Positions 38,094 to 47,808 of a stretch of 64,000 nucleotides of DNA are shown in pieces; positions within the stretch are counted from its first letter, which is position 1, and each line of letters begins with the position of its first letter. The DNA is from Anaerolineae bacterium (lineage in GTDB: Bacteria > Chloroflexota > Anaerolineae > B4-G1 > DUEL01). A program made the translations under genes and the position numbers. The stretch is from contig JASFWK010000001.1 of the NCBI GenBank assembly GCA_050049355.1, positions 13,681 to 77,680 of the forward strand, written 5' to 3'. A model generated the notes under the pieces. The model was not told the origin of the DNA. It made no database searches and saw nothing but the letters and a program-made list of their open reading frames with translations.

Positions 38094-39434
38094 ATGGCGG
38101 CGGAAGAGAAGCACTTGGATGGGATGGCTGGTAAGGATGAGGTAGAGAGCATCATCCGCACGGCACGGATGCTGGGCGTCGAGGTAGACGAGACGGATGT
38201 GGCTCAATGGCTGACAGCTATGGCGGCAGCCCAGATAGGAGCAGAAGACTGGGCGGTGGTGGAGGAGATCGGGGTCTTCGGCCATCGAGTGACCCTGTTG
38301 GATTTCGACCCAGAGACGCTGGAGCGATACCGTCGTATTGCCGACGTCGTCCAGTTACCGGATCTGCCCAATGTGGAGACGGCGGTCAGCTTGGCCGGAA
38401 GTGCTGCCCAAGGACGTATCCAGCGCTATCCTGGCGATTGTGACTACTTCGAGCGGGTCAACATCAAAGCCCAGACTCGCGAGGAGGCGTGCAGTGTGCT
38501 TGCTAAGCTGATGCGGGATAAGGCGCTGGAGTGCTTCGAAGGGCCGAACTACCAGTTGATTGAGGTCAAGTTTGGCACCTGGCAGACAGATGTGGTCAAG
38601 GATGGTGAGCGGATCGGCACTGGATCTCCCGTTTCGTGGGCGCCGGAAGAGGTGAAGGCGGGCGAGATGGTGGTGCTCCGCCCCGACGGACAGTCCTGGA
38701 CGGTCGACTGGGAGTATGGCTGCCTGGAGCCGGGCTGGTGCAAGATGGACTGGGTGATCGCTGAGCCGGAGCAGGGTCGGGTTGTGAATGCCAGCAACAT
38801 GCTGGATGTGACGTGGGAGACGCCCGAGGGAGAGATTGTCCCCCTGGATGGTTTTCTTGATCCCTACTTTCAGGAGGTCTACCTGGAAGCCGAATCCGTG
38901 CCGGTCTTCGCCAAACTAGCCCGTCACATCTCGCCGCAGGCATTGACAGAGTATGTGCGGCAACTCAGCGGCGAGGTTCACAAGTATACCCACACGCACG
39001 TCAATTACGGCAAGGCGGCAAAGCGCATCTACAATATCTTCCGGCTGACGGGGCGGCACCGGGCGGCCGCGCTGATCCGCGAGATGTTTGATGAGCCGGC
39101 AGCGCTTCTCTATCAGGTGTCGGCGCTCTTGGATACCGTTGACGATGCCAGCCAACCCGATTCTACACTTGATCGAAAAGCGATCGTGCGCCAGATCGAC
39201 AAACTGGTTCGAGACGTGATCGCCTGCACCGAGGGACCCGAAGAGCAGGAGATTGTGATGGAGCTCCTGCGATTGCGGGATGATGTCACTGGATGGGAGG
39301 ACCTGGAGGGAGGGTGGGACCGCGTCATCGCCGGTTCGCGGGCCAGGGTGGAGGAAATGGTCAATGCCTATTTCCAGGAGAAGCTGCTGGCCATCCAGGA
39401 TGTCGTCGAATTCCTGGAGGAATTGGACGCCTAG
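38094..39434 (+). CDS. Uncharacterised protein with a Pol-beta-superfamily nucleotidyltransferase core (candidate SMODS/CD-NTase-like enzyme)
   Basis: LAGSAAQGRIQRYPGDCDY (hG[GS]-x11-DhDh) followed ~45 aa later by LIEVKF (hEh third acidic residue), then a ~270-aa helical C-terminal region. The ORF itself is high confidence; the function is inferred. Confidence 0.6.
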   Translation: MAAEEKHLDGMAGKDEVESIIRTARMLGVEVDETDVAQWLTAMAAAQIGAEDWAVVEEIGVFGHRVTLLDFDPETLERYRRIADVVQLPDLPNVETAVSLAGSAAQGRIQRYPGDCDYFERVNIKAQTREEACSVLAKLMRDKALECFEGPNYQLIEVKFGTWQTDVVKDGERIGTGSPVSWAPEEVKAGEMVVLRPDGQSWTVDWEYGCLEPGWCKMDWVIAEPEQGRVVNASNMLDVTWETPEGEIVPLDGFLDPYFQEVYLEAESVPVFAKLARHISPQALTEYVRQLSGEVHKYTHTHVNYGKAAKRIYNIFRLTGRHRAAALIREMFDEPAALLYQVSALLDTVDDASQPDSTLDRKAIVRQIDKLVRDVIACTEGPEEQEIVMELLRLRDDVTGWEDLEGGWDRVIAGSRARVEEMVNAYFQEKLLAIQDVVEFLEELDA

Positions 39435-39606
39435 ATACATCAGGGAGAACGGACAGGGGCTGACGAACACGCTCGGACAGGAGGGTCTCTCTCAGGAGAG
39501 ACCCTCGATATTTGTCCAACGGGTGCCGTAGTGGTATTCTCTGTGGAAGGGGGATGGGCCCCTTTGGGCAAACCTTTCTTGCCATTGGAGCGGGAGGAGG
39601 TGAAGA

Positions 39607-40590
39607 ATGCTGACAGAGGGACTGCCGCGAGTTTCCATCGGTCACCTACCCACCTCGCTGGAGCCGCTGTCTCGGCTGACCGATCAGCTCGGTGGACCTC
39701 AGCTCTGGGTCAAGCGTGACGACCAGACCGGGTTGGCGACCGGTGGAAACAAGACCCGCAAGCTGGAGTTCCTGGTCGCCGAGGCCCTGGAGCGAGAGGC
39801 GGATACCCTCATAACCTGCGGTGCGGCCCAGTCCAACCACGCCCGTCAGACGGCGGCAGCAGCGGCCAAGTTCGGCCTCGACTGTGCCTTGGTTCTGCGG
39901 GGAAAGCAACCGCCGCAGAGCCAGGGGAATCTGCTCCTGGATCTGCTGCTGGGGGCACAGGTGGTCTGGGCTGGCGAGGAGCCCCTGGTGGCGTACATGG
40001 CGGAGGTCGCGAACCGGCTGCGAGCCGAAGGTCGGCACCCATACATCGTTCCCTACGGCGGCAGCAACCCCATTGGGGCCAGCGGCTACGTACACGGTAT
40101 GGAGGAACTCCTGACCCAGTGCACCGAGCGAGATCTGCTCTTCGACCACATAGTGCTGGCCTCTTCCAGCGGAGGGACCCAGGCGGGGCTGGTGGTGGGA
40201 GCGCGCGCGCTGGGGTATGATGGGCGCATCCTGGGTGTCAGCGTGGACCTCGAGGCGGAGGCCCTGCGCCGCACTCTGGCTGACCTGGCGGCGGCGACGG
40301 CGGACCACTTGGGACTGAACGAGAACTTCGCGCCGGCAGACTTCGCTGTGGAGGATGGGTATCTGGGGGGCGGCTATGGTGTGATCGGGGACCTGGAGAG
40401 GGGAGCCATACGGACTGTGGCCCGCACCGAGGGTCTCCTGCTCGATCCCGTCTACACCGGACGGGCTTTTGGCGGGCTGCTGGATCTGATCCAAAGTGGG
40501 GGCTTTCGATCGATGGAGCGGGTGCTCTTCTGGCATACTGGAGGGACGCCGGGATTGTTTGCGCGTGCAGAGACGCTCGGGCCCGGTTGA
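39607..40590 (+). CDS. PLP-dependent D-cysteine desulfhydrase / ACC deaminase family protein
   Basis: GGNKTRKLEFL motif and fold-type II PLP enzyme. Confidence 0.85.
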   Translation: MLTEGLPRVSIGHLPTSLEPLSRLTDQLGGPQLWVKRDDQTGLATGGNKTRKLEFLVAEALEREADTLITCGAAQSNHARQTAAAAAKFGLDCALVLRGKQPPQSQGNLLLDLLLGAQVVWAGEEPLVAYMAEVANRLRAEGRHPYIVPYGGSNPIGASGYVHGMEELLTQCTERDLLFDHIVLASSSGGTQAGLVVGARALGYDGRILGVSVDLEAEALRRTLADLAAATADHLGLNENFAPADFAVEDGYLGGGYGVIGDLERGAIRTVARTEGLLLDPVYTGRAFGGLLDLIQSGGFRSMERVLFWHTGGTPGLFARAETLGPG

Positions 40591-40632
40591 GGGAGGGATG
40601 GCCTACTTCTCAGCGGCAGTTCCGCCTCGAAA

Positions 40633-41496
40633 TCATGTCTCTCCCCGTACCCGCCGCGCCCAGTCCTCCAGCACCAGCCGGGCATGGTCGAAGGCGATGC
40701 GGCCAGGCAGCTCGTTCGGTCCAAACCATCCCAGTTCGGCCGCGTCGTCTGCCGGCTGCTCCCGTCCGCCCACCACTTCGGCCAGGAAGTAGATGTTCAG
40801 CGTGGTGGCCAACTCATCCTGATAGACATAGCGGTCCATATAGAACCCGAAGAGGTCGACCAGTCGCACCTCCAGCCCCGTCTCCTCACGCATCTCACGG
40901 ACTGCTCCTATCTTGGGGCTTTCTCCCTCCTCAAGGAAGCCGCCCGGTATGTCCCAGTATCCCTGGAAGGGCTCTTCACCTCGACGGACCAGGAGCAGCA
41001 GCCCGTCGCGCACTGCCAGCACGCCGCCGCAGGGCTTGGAAGCGCGGAAGTGGACCCGGCCGCACCGACTGCAGACCTGCCGGGGGTGATCGTCGTCGGA
41101 TGGCAGGACCGCCTCCAATATCCCTCCGCAGCGAGGGCAGAAGCGATCGCGTGAAGGTCCGCAGAAGGGAGCTCCCTGGAAGGCTCGGCCGGCCGCTGCC
41201 AGGAGTTCCTTCCTCGGGCGGGGGAGGCGCCGCAGGCGGGCCTCCGCGCGCTGCGCGCTGGAGCGATCGGGGAACCGCCAGGTTCCGAGGAACCACACCG
41301 GCCGCCGACCCGCCGTGTAGCGGCTGGCTCGGCCGGCGTTGTGTTCCCGAAGTCGCCGCTGGGGGTCCGTCGTGACGCCGGTGTAGACGGTGCTGTCAGC
41401 ACAGCGGAGGAGGTAGAGGAACCACGGTTTGCTCACGGGTCGAATGGTAGCATGAGCGTTGGGGGAGGTCAAGCTGGGGTATCCACTTCCATGCAA
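40633..41496 (-). CDS. GIY-YIG nuclease domain / zinc ribbon / NUDIX hydrolase fusion protein
   Basis: N-terminal FLYLLRCADSTVYTGVT...REHN (GIY-YIG/UPF0213), CPRCG...CSRCG ribbon, Nudix box GGFLEEGESPKIGAVREMREETGL. Confidence 0.75.
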   Translation of the reverse strand: MHGSGYPSLTSPNAHATIRPVSKPWFLYLLRCADSTVYTGVTTDPQRRLREHNAGRASRYTAGRRPVWFLGTWRFPDRSSAQRAEARLRRLPRPRKELLAAAGRAFQGAPFCGPSRDRFCPRCGGILEAVLPSDDDHPRQVCSRCGRVHFRASKPCGGVLAVRDGLLLLVRRGEEPFQGYWDIPGGFLEEGESPKIGAVREMREETGLEVRLVDLFGFYMDRYVYQDELATTLNIYFLAEVVGGREQPADDAAELGWFGPNELPGRIAFDHARLVLEDWARRVRGET

Positions 41497-41620
41497 TGGC
41501 GCATCTCAACCGTCTTTCCTTGCCTCCTGGGTGCTTTCTACGTCTTGAGCTGCCGGACCAGAGCTCTCTTCGATTGCGCGACAGGGAGGGGTGAGTATAC
41601 TCGTCTTGAGGGGGGAGGCC

Positions 41621-42256
41621 ATGCACGTGGAGCTGATCGCTATCACTCGTTACCTGCGGGGCCAGGAGACGCCGGAGGAGCTGTTGGAGCATGCCGGGCG
41701 CGTCTGTTACCGGAGTGAGGCGCGGGGGGATCCCGCTGCCTTTCTCCGTGCCCGCATTCGCGAGGGCCACGAGAGCATCATTGAACATGCCAGCGCGACG
41801 TTCGAGATCAGCGGCATTTCACGTGCGTGCTCCCATCAACTCGTCCGACACCGGTTGGCCTCCTACAGTCAGGAGAGCCAGCGCTACGTGGAGATGAATG
41901 ATCCAGACTGGGTGATCCCCTCTGCCATCGTCGACGATCCCCAGGCGCAGGCGATCTGGGAGCAGTTTGCTGGACGGGTTCAGGCGGCCTATCGGGCGCT
42001 GCGTGAGCGAGGGATGCGCAGGGAGGACGCCCGATTCGTGTTACCCAACGCCACTGCGACGCGCGTCGTGATGACGGCGAACTTCCGAGAACTCCTGCAC
42101 ATCTTTCGTCTGCGCATCTCTCCCGCGGCACAGTGGGAGATCCGGGAAGTCGCCGTGCGCATGCTGGAGGCGGTCTATCCGCACGCGCCGGCGGTCTTCG
42201 GTGGTCTGAGAGATGATCTGCGGACGCGATATCCTGACTTCTTCCAGGGGGGCTAG
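41621..42256 (+). CDS. thyX: Flavin-dependent thymidylate synthase (start at MHVELIAI)
   Basis: ThyX motif RHRLASYSQESQRY. Confidence 0.9.
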   Translation: MHVELIAITRYLRGQETPEELLEHAGRVCYRSEARGDPAAFLRARIREGHESIIEHASATFEISGISRACSHQLVRHRLASYSQESQRYVEMNDPDWVIPSAIVDDPQAQAIWEQFAGRVQAAYRALRERGMRREDARFVLPNATATRVVMTANFRELLHIFRLRISPAAQWEIREVAVRMLEAVYPHAPAVFGGLRDDLRTRYPDFFQGG

Positions 42257-42320
42257 CGCGCCGCTACGAGGGGCGTCTCTCTTCCCGAGCGCTGGCAACT
42301 GACATACTGACATGGGGGCG

Positions 42321-42349
42321 TTGACGGGGGCGCAGGTTTTTGCTATACT
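42321..42349 (+). promoter_or_regulatory. Sigma-70-like promoter upstream of the hybrid histidine kinase
   Basis: TTGACG, 17-nt spacer, TATACT. Confidence 0.4.
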
Positions 42350-42477
42350 GAGTAACATCCCAGACAGACTGGGACAGAGGTTCCGATGTTCCAGCGGACT
42401 TGCAGCGTGTTGGGCGTTCTGCGGGACATACCTCTGGGGAATAGTGAGTCCTAACGCTGGCGCGGGAGGACGAGGGT

Positions 42478-44130
42478 ATGCACGAATTCTCGTCAGTACG
42501 AGCGACGGACGTTCGAATTCTGATCGTCGATGATAGCCGCGATCTTGTCGAAGTTCTAAGCGATGTTCTCTCCAGCGAGGGCTATCAGGTTGAGTCTTGC
42601 GGCGATGGGGAGAGTGGCTGGAAGCGCATCGTGGCGGGGGCGGAGGGAGAGGCCCCCATGCCGGATCTACTGCTGCTTGACTTGATGATGCCCGGCGTGG
42701 ACGGCCTGACGCTTCTGCGCCGCATACGGGCCGACGAGCGCTGCGCGCTCCTGCCTGTGATCATCCTCACGGTGCAGGATGATTCGGAGACCCGGCTGGC
42801 GGCTCTAGAGCTGGGAGCGAACGACTATCTTTCCAAACCGGTTGAAAGCGTTGAACTGCTGGCACGCGTGAAGTCGCTGCTGGGGTGGAGATTAGTTGAG
42901 CGCCTCCGGCGGCAGCGAATGGAGCACCTGATCGAGGCGGGGAGGATCCTTCTATCCACCCTCGGTCTGGAGAATGTGCTTGAGCGGGTTATGCAGATTG
43001 TCACAGCCGAGATGGACTCACTGGCCGGATCTGTATGGCTGCTGGCTTCGCATGGGGGCCTCGAATGTCGGGCGGCCTATGGGAGCGGTAAAGAGCGCCT
43101 GGTGGGGATACGGCTGGAGCCCGGCGAGGGCATTGTCGGCTGGGCGCTGGAGCACAAGCGATCGGTACTTGTGGCCAACGCGCAGGCCGATCCCCGCTTC
43201 TGCAGCAAGGTAGATGAGGAGATCGGGTTCCATACGCGCGATCTCGTTGCTGTGCCCCTCTTCGTGAGGAGAAGAGGCATTGGCGTCCTGGCGGCGATCA
43301 ACAAGAGGGGGGAGCCGTTCTCTCCTGCTGATCTTGAGTGGCTGGAGGTGTTGGCTCCGCTTGCTGCTGCTGCGATGGCCAATGCGCAACTCTTCCAGAC
43401 GCTGCGGCAGCGCACGGTCGAACTGAGAGCGCGCAATGAGGAACTGGATGCCTTCTCTCATACTGTGGCCCATGACCTCCAGAATCCACTCGGTCTAATC
43501 ATCGGCTTTGCTGAAGCGCTGCAAGGCGAATGCGAGAAGATACCGGGTGATGAGCTCAGGAAGCACTTGCGCAGCATTGCCCGGATCGGTCGCAGGATGG
43601 GTAACATCATTGATGAACTCCTGCTGCTGGCCCAGGTGCGCAAGACAGACGTGGAGGTGCGGCCGCTGGACATGGAGGATGTCGTGGCTGCGGCGCTGCA
43701 GCAGTTGACCTATATGATTGAGGAGCATGAGGCTGAGGTCATTCTTCCGGAAGACTGGCCTCTAGCTTTGGGCTACGGCCCGTGGGTCCAAGAGGTGTGG
43801 GTTAACTACATCAGTAACGCCATCAAGTATGGTGGTGAGCCGCCGCGCGTGGAGGCGGGCGCCGAAGTGCAGTCCGACGGTGAGGTACGTTTCTGGGTCC
43901 GTGACAACGGCCCTGGCCTAACGTCGGAGGCACAGACGCGGCTCTTCACGCCGTTCACGCAGCTCGGCGAGATTCGCGCCAAGGGACATGGGTTGGGGCT
44001 ATCCATCGCGCGGCGCATCGTAGAGAAGCTCGGCGGGCAGGTGGGTGTGGAGAGCGAAGTGGGTGAAGGGAGTGTCTTTACCTTCACCCTGAGCGGTGTG
44101 GACAGCGAAGGTGTGGCTATAGTGGACTAG
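42478..44130 (+). CDS. Hybrid sensor histidine kinase (REC-GAF-HisKA-HATPase_c)
   Basis: Receiver with LIVDD...D(L)LLLD...K; GAF domain; H-box SHTVAHDLQNPL; G-boxes DNGPGL...GHGLGL. Confidence 0.85.
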   Translation: MHEFSSVRATDVRILIVDDSRDLVEVLSDVLSSEGYQVESCGDGESGWKRIVAGAEGEAPMPDLLLLDLMMPGVDGLTLLRRIRADERCALLPVIILTVQDDSETRLAALELGANDYLSKPVESVELLARVKSLLGWRLVERLRRQRMEHLIEAGRILLSTLGLENVLERVMQIVTAEMDSLAGSVWLLASHGGLECRAAYGSGKERLVGIRLEPGEGIVGWALEHKRSVLVANAQADPRFCSKVDEEIGFHTRDLVAVPLFVRRRGIGVLAAINKRGEPFSPADLEWLEVLAPLAAAAMANAQLFQTLRQRTVELRARNEELDAFSHTVAHDLQNPLGLIIGFAEALQGECEKIPGDELRKHLRSIARIGRRMGNIIDELLLLAQVRKTDVEVRPLDMEDVVAAALQQLTYMIEEHEAEVILPEDWPLALGYGPWVQEVWVNYISNAIKYGGEPPRVEAGAEVQSDGEVRFWVRDNGPGLTSEAQTRLFTPFTQLGEIRAKGHGLGLSIARRIVEKLGGQVGVESEVGEGSVFTFTLSGVDSEGVAIVD

Positions 44131-44172
44131 TACTTGATCATACGGATCTTGATATCAGTGATCAAGTACTAG
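44127..44172. other. Perfect 14-bp inverted repeat with an 18-nt loop overlapping the kinase stop codon (terminator-like hairpin, no U-tract)
   Basis: CTAGTACTTGATCA...TGATCAAGTACTAG. Confidence 0.5.
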
Positions 44173-44835
44173 AGACGACGGTCAATCTGAGGCAGCACTG
44201 CCTCGGTCACAGGAAGATACGTACAAGGCCAGCGAGCTCCTCGCTGGCCTTATGACTTGTGCACTCCTTGGAGCCTCTCCCGTCACCTTTGATCGCCCCA
44301 GTCCCCAGCAGGCAGTACCCACTATCGGGGCGATCCGTGATGTGAAGCTTAGTTGGAGCCGAGTGCCTGCTGGTCTGTCGCAGGTCGTGCGGCGGGCTGT
44401 CGGGCAGGGCGTCCTTCTTATCTGCGATCGCATTCTTAGAATTATCTAGTTTCTCTCTCACCCAAGATTTACCGGTAGGTGCTTAAATGATCATGCGTGC
44501 GTCGTAGGGGATGGATGTTGGTCGACGCGTGTGAGCGTTTGGGCAGCAAGGAGCAATTCTTCCTCTGAGGTACAGTTGCGGGATTCGGTGCCCATCTCCC
44601 TGGAAGGTCCGTACCAGCTTGGACTGCGCGAATCAGGTTCTCCGGAGAGTGCGGAGTCTTAGTATACCTCCAGCGTGCTGCCTGGGGCAGGTATGCGTGC
44701 CGAGATGTCATACTCGGCCTCGGTAAGTATCGCTGCCTTCTCAGGGGGTTAGCAAGGAGGTGGTCAGCATAGGATGAGCAAGCACAATCGATCGACAGGC
44801 GATAGTTGCATCACTATCTGAAAGGAGAGTCAATC

Positions 44836-46908
44836 ATGAAGCGCAAGGTCTTAGCAGTGTTGGGCATCGCTGCCCTTGTGGTAGCTCTGTTTGGAGGCTC
44901 ATCTTCGGTCCAGGCGGGGCCACCGCCTCCTGACTACAGGCCGGTGGATGTGGGGCCGGAGATTCGTGAGTGGGAAGCCACACCGGATCGCGTCCTAGAT
45001 CCGGACCCTGAGGTCCGCCGAGCGATTCGGGACAGCGTGCGCGGGAACTCTAATGGGAATGGGCATGGTGGCCATAAGAATGGGGCTGAGGCAGCCTCTG
45101 CCGAATCCAGCTGCATCTTGGACACCAAAGTGTTTCTCGCTCTCGACAGCTACTATGGTTATTACTTCTTCGCCGAGTTCAACCTGATGGCAGAGGGAGA
45201 TGAATCCCAGATCTGGGTGCAGGCCGATCTCAGTTGGCCTGAGGGCGACCCGCGGGCGACCCCGGTCATCACCTGCGAGCAGGCGGCCTATATGGTAGAT
45301 CAGTTCGACAATAACATCTATCCCGCCGAGGTTGACTTCTTCGGCCCGCCCGACTTCCACGATGGATCCTACTCGCTGCTCGAAGCGTGGGGCTATGTGC
45401 CGGACGGATACTACGACGATGAGACTGGCCGGCAGGTGGTCCTTGTGGAGAACGTCAGGGATGATAACTACTACGATCCGACCTATCCACTCTATATCGC
45501 TGGGTTCTTCTCTTCATCCCTGGAGGCCTACTTCGATCGCAACACGATGACGATCGATGCCTACGACTGGGAGAACCGGACTGGGCCCGATGCGGCACGC
45601 CCCTACCTCTACGAGGGTGTCTTCGCCCACGAGTACCAGCACCTGTTACACTCCGACTATGACGGCGATGAGGAAAACTTTGTCAACGAGGGTATGTCCG
45701 ATCTGGCGGAGTATCTGGTGGGCTACGGCCATCCCGATAGCCACGTGCGGGATGCGGCTGCCTATCCCGAGAACTCTCTCGTGGTCTGGGAGGACCAGGG
45801 CGGCCTGGAGATCCTGGCGGACTACGGTCAGGCTTATCTCTTCCAGCTGTACTTGATGGAGCAGTTTGGACAGGAGTTCATCCAGGCTGAGTTCCACAAT
45901 CCGGGTAATGGCATCTCGGGCATAAACTCCACCCTTGAGGCATTCAACATCCAGAAGGGTTTCAACGACATCTTCCACGACTGGTCTGTGGCCATGCTCA
46001 TCGACTCTGAGACGCCGGGCGGAGGGCGGTATGAGTTCGAGAACATAGAGTTCAACCTGGACATCGGGACGCCGGATGCACCGAACCCTGAGGCTTTTGA
46101 CACGCCAGGCGCTCCGCCGTGGGGTACGGACTACCTCTGGATTGATGGGGACCCGAGAGCTCTGGCCAAGCTGACGTTCAATGGGCTCGACTACACGCTC
46201 TTTCCCACAGCCTGGACTTCGGATGGCGACGTGCTGTGGAGTGGGACGGGCAACCTGATCGACAACTGGGCCATCTTCGAGGCCACGGGCGGCAGTACGC
46301 TAACCTTCGATACCTACTATGACATCGAGGACTACTGGGACTTCGGTTTCGTGCAGGTCTCGACGGACGGCGGCTACACCTGGACCAGCCTGGAGAATGC
46401 CTACACCACCTATCTCCATGATCCGAACGCGCACCCCAAAGTGGTGGAGAACCTACCCGGCCTGACAGGATGGAGTGGGGACTGGGTCAATATGAGCTTC
46501 GACCTCAGCGCCTACAGCGGTGACATCCTGATCGCGTTCCGCTACGTCACCGACTGGGCCACCACCTACGAGGGTTGGTACATCGACAATGTCTACGTGG
46601 ATGGGACGCTGATCTCCGATGGCTCCAGCACGGATCCCTTCAAAGACATCACGGAGATCTTGCCCATCAACAATGACTTCACTGTTACCTTTGTGGGTAT
46701 CAAGCACGTAGGCCACGGGAACGACTATCGCGTTCTGACCATGAAGCTGGACGAGGTCACCGAGGAAGGTCTGTTCGAGCTGAACAGCGTCTTGGGCTGG
46801 AGCACCGAGGCCGTGATGCTGGTCACGTTCGATGCCCCCGAGGGCTTCACCGGCTATGCCGATTACGTCTATGACTTCACCTACACCAACGCGGGCCCGA
46901 AGAAGTAG
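44836..46908 (+). CDS. Secreted M6-family (immune inhibitor A-like) metalloprotease
   Basis: Signal peptide MKRKVLAVLGIAALVVALFG; zinc motif HEYQHLLHSDYDGDEENFVNEGMSD; RBS AAAGGAGAG. Confidence 0.85.
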   Translation: MKRKVLAVLGIAALVVALFGGSSSVQAGPPPPDYRPVDVGPEIREWEATPDRVLDPDPEVRRAIRDSVRGNSNGNGHGGHKNGAEAASAESSCILDTKVFLALDSYYGYYFFAEFNLMAEGDESQIWVQADLSWPEGDPRATPVITCEQAAYMVDQFDNNIYPAEVDFFGPPDFHDGSYSLLEAWGYVPDGYYDDETGRQVVLVENVRDDNYYDPTYPLYIAGFFSSSLEAYFDRNTMTIDAYDWENRTGPDAARPYLYEGVFAHEYQHLLHSDYDGDEENFVNEGMSDLAEYLVGYGHPDSHVRDAAAYPENSLVVWEDQGGLEILADYGQAYLFQLYLMEQFGQEFIQAEFHNPGNGISGINSTLEAFNIQKGFNDIFHDWSVAMLIDSETPGGGRYEFENIEFNLDIGTPDAPNPEAFDTPGAPPWGTDYLWIDGDPRALAKLTFNGLDYTLFPTAWTSDGDVLWSGTGNLIDNWAIFEATGGSTLTFDTYYDIEDYWDFGFVQVSTDGGYTWTSLENAYTTYLHDPNAHPKVVENLPGLTGWSGDWVNMSFDLSAYSGDILIAFRYVTDWATTYEGWYIDNVYVDGTLISDGSSTDPFKDITEILPINNDFTVTFVGIKHVGHGNDYRVLTMKLDEVTEEGLFELNSVLGWSTEAVMLVTFDAPEGFTGYADYVYDFTYTNAGPKK

Positions 46909-46974
46909 TTACTGTGACAGATACGCGGAGAGCCCGTCCTTTTGGGGACGGGCTCTCGCTTGATGCGTCGCTCG

Positions 46975-47535
46975 TCATCCGTCAACCGGCATCCAAGGTT
47001 TCCCGTCCTGGATTTCATCAGGGTCTATGGGGATCAACGGATAGATAGGCGCTCCGTCCTTTCCGCAGAGGACCAGAGAGCGGCCCGCATCAGCGTGGTA
47101 CTCGTATGCTTCCCCTTCCGCCTCCAGCACCACACGGAACCCTGGTGTGATAACCTGCGCGTACATCAAGCCCGGCTGCGGGCAGCCTAGGCTGGTGTCC
47201 GACCACTCCACCGCCTCAACCGAGACCACCTGGATCGTGTCGGGTGCCAAATCCAACCGCTGCGCAAGGTCTCGCTTTATCAACCTGACGACTTGTTCAG
47301 CCCCCGGCGGCAGGGCAACCGCCGTCGGTTCTGGGGCGGCGGTCGCCGTTGGTGCTTCTCTCGTTGGCTGGGGTTCGGCCGTCGGCGTGGTGGTCGTTTC
47401 GTCTCTCTCGGTGGTTTGGGTCCCACGCATGGTGGGCGTATCGGAAGGTATGGGGGGAGTCTGTCCACGGCTGCATCCAGCAGTCCAAGCGACAAGGAGT
47501 GCCAGAGCAATCCAAAGAAGAAGATAGCGCTTCAT
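46975..47535 (-). CDS. Lipoprotein with a Pro/Thr linker and a C-terminal globular domain of unknown function
   Basis: Lipobox LVAWTAGC; convergent with the M6 protease. Confidence 0.6.
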   Translation of the reverse strand: MKRYLLLWIALALLVAWTAGCSRGQTPPIPSDTPTMRGTQTTERDETTTTPTAEPQPTREAPTATAAPEPTAVALPPGAEQVVRLIKRDLAQRLDLAPDTIQVVSVEAVEWSDTSLGCPQPGLMYAQVITPGFRVVLEAEGEAYEYHADAGRSLVLCGKDGAPIYPLIPIDPDEIQDGKPWMPVDG

Positions 47536-47808
47536 AGCATGTCACCTCTTCCACATTAATCTGCATCTACGAGACGCTCTTCACGTGCGCTGGGTTCCCG
47601 ACTTCAGGGTATCACCAGATTGGCCTCCTGGCAACTGGGCCGCGGCCAGGATCAGCACCAGGCACACCTGGGAGAGGTGACCCTCGATCGGTGGCGGGGT
47701 CCGATTGTTTCTTAGTCTTCTTTTCACTGAGCCCTCACAGGCACGCGGTGGAATGTGATTGGGGGAACCACCGGGTTTCCCTCAGAAACAGCGGGAGGAG
47801 AATCCAAG

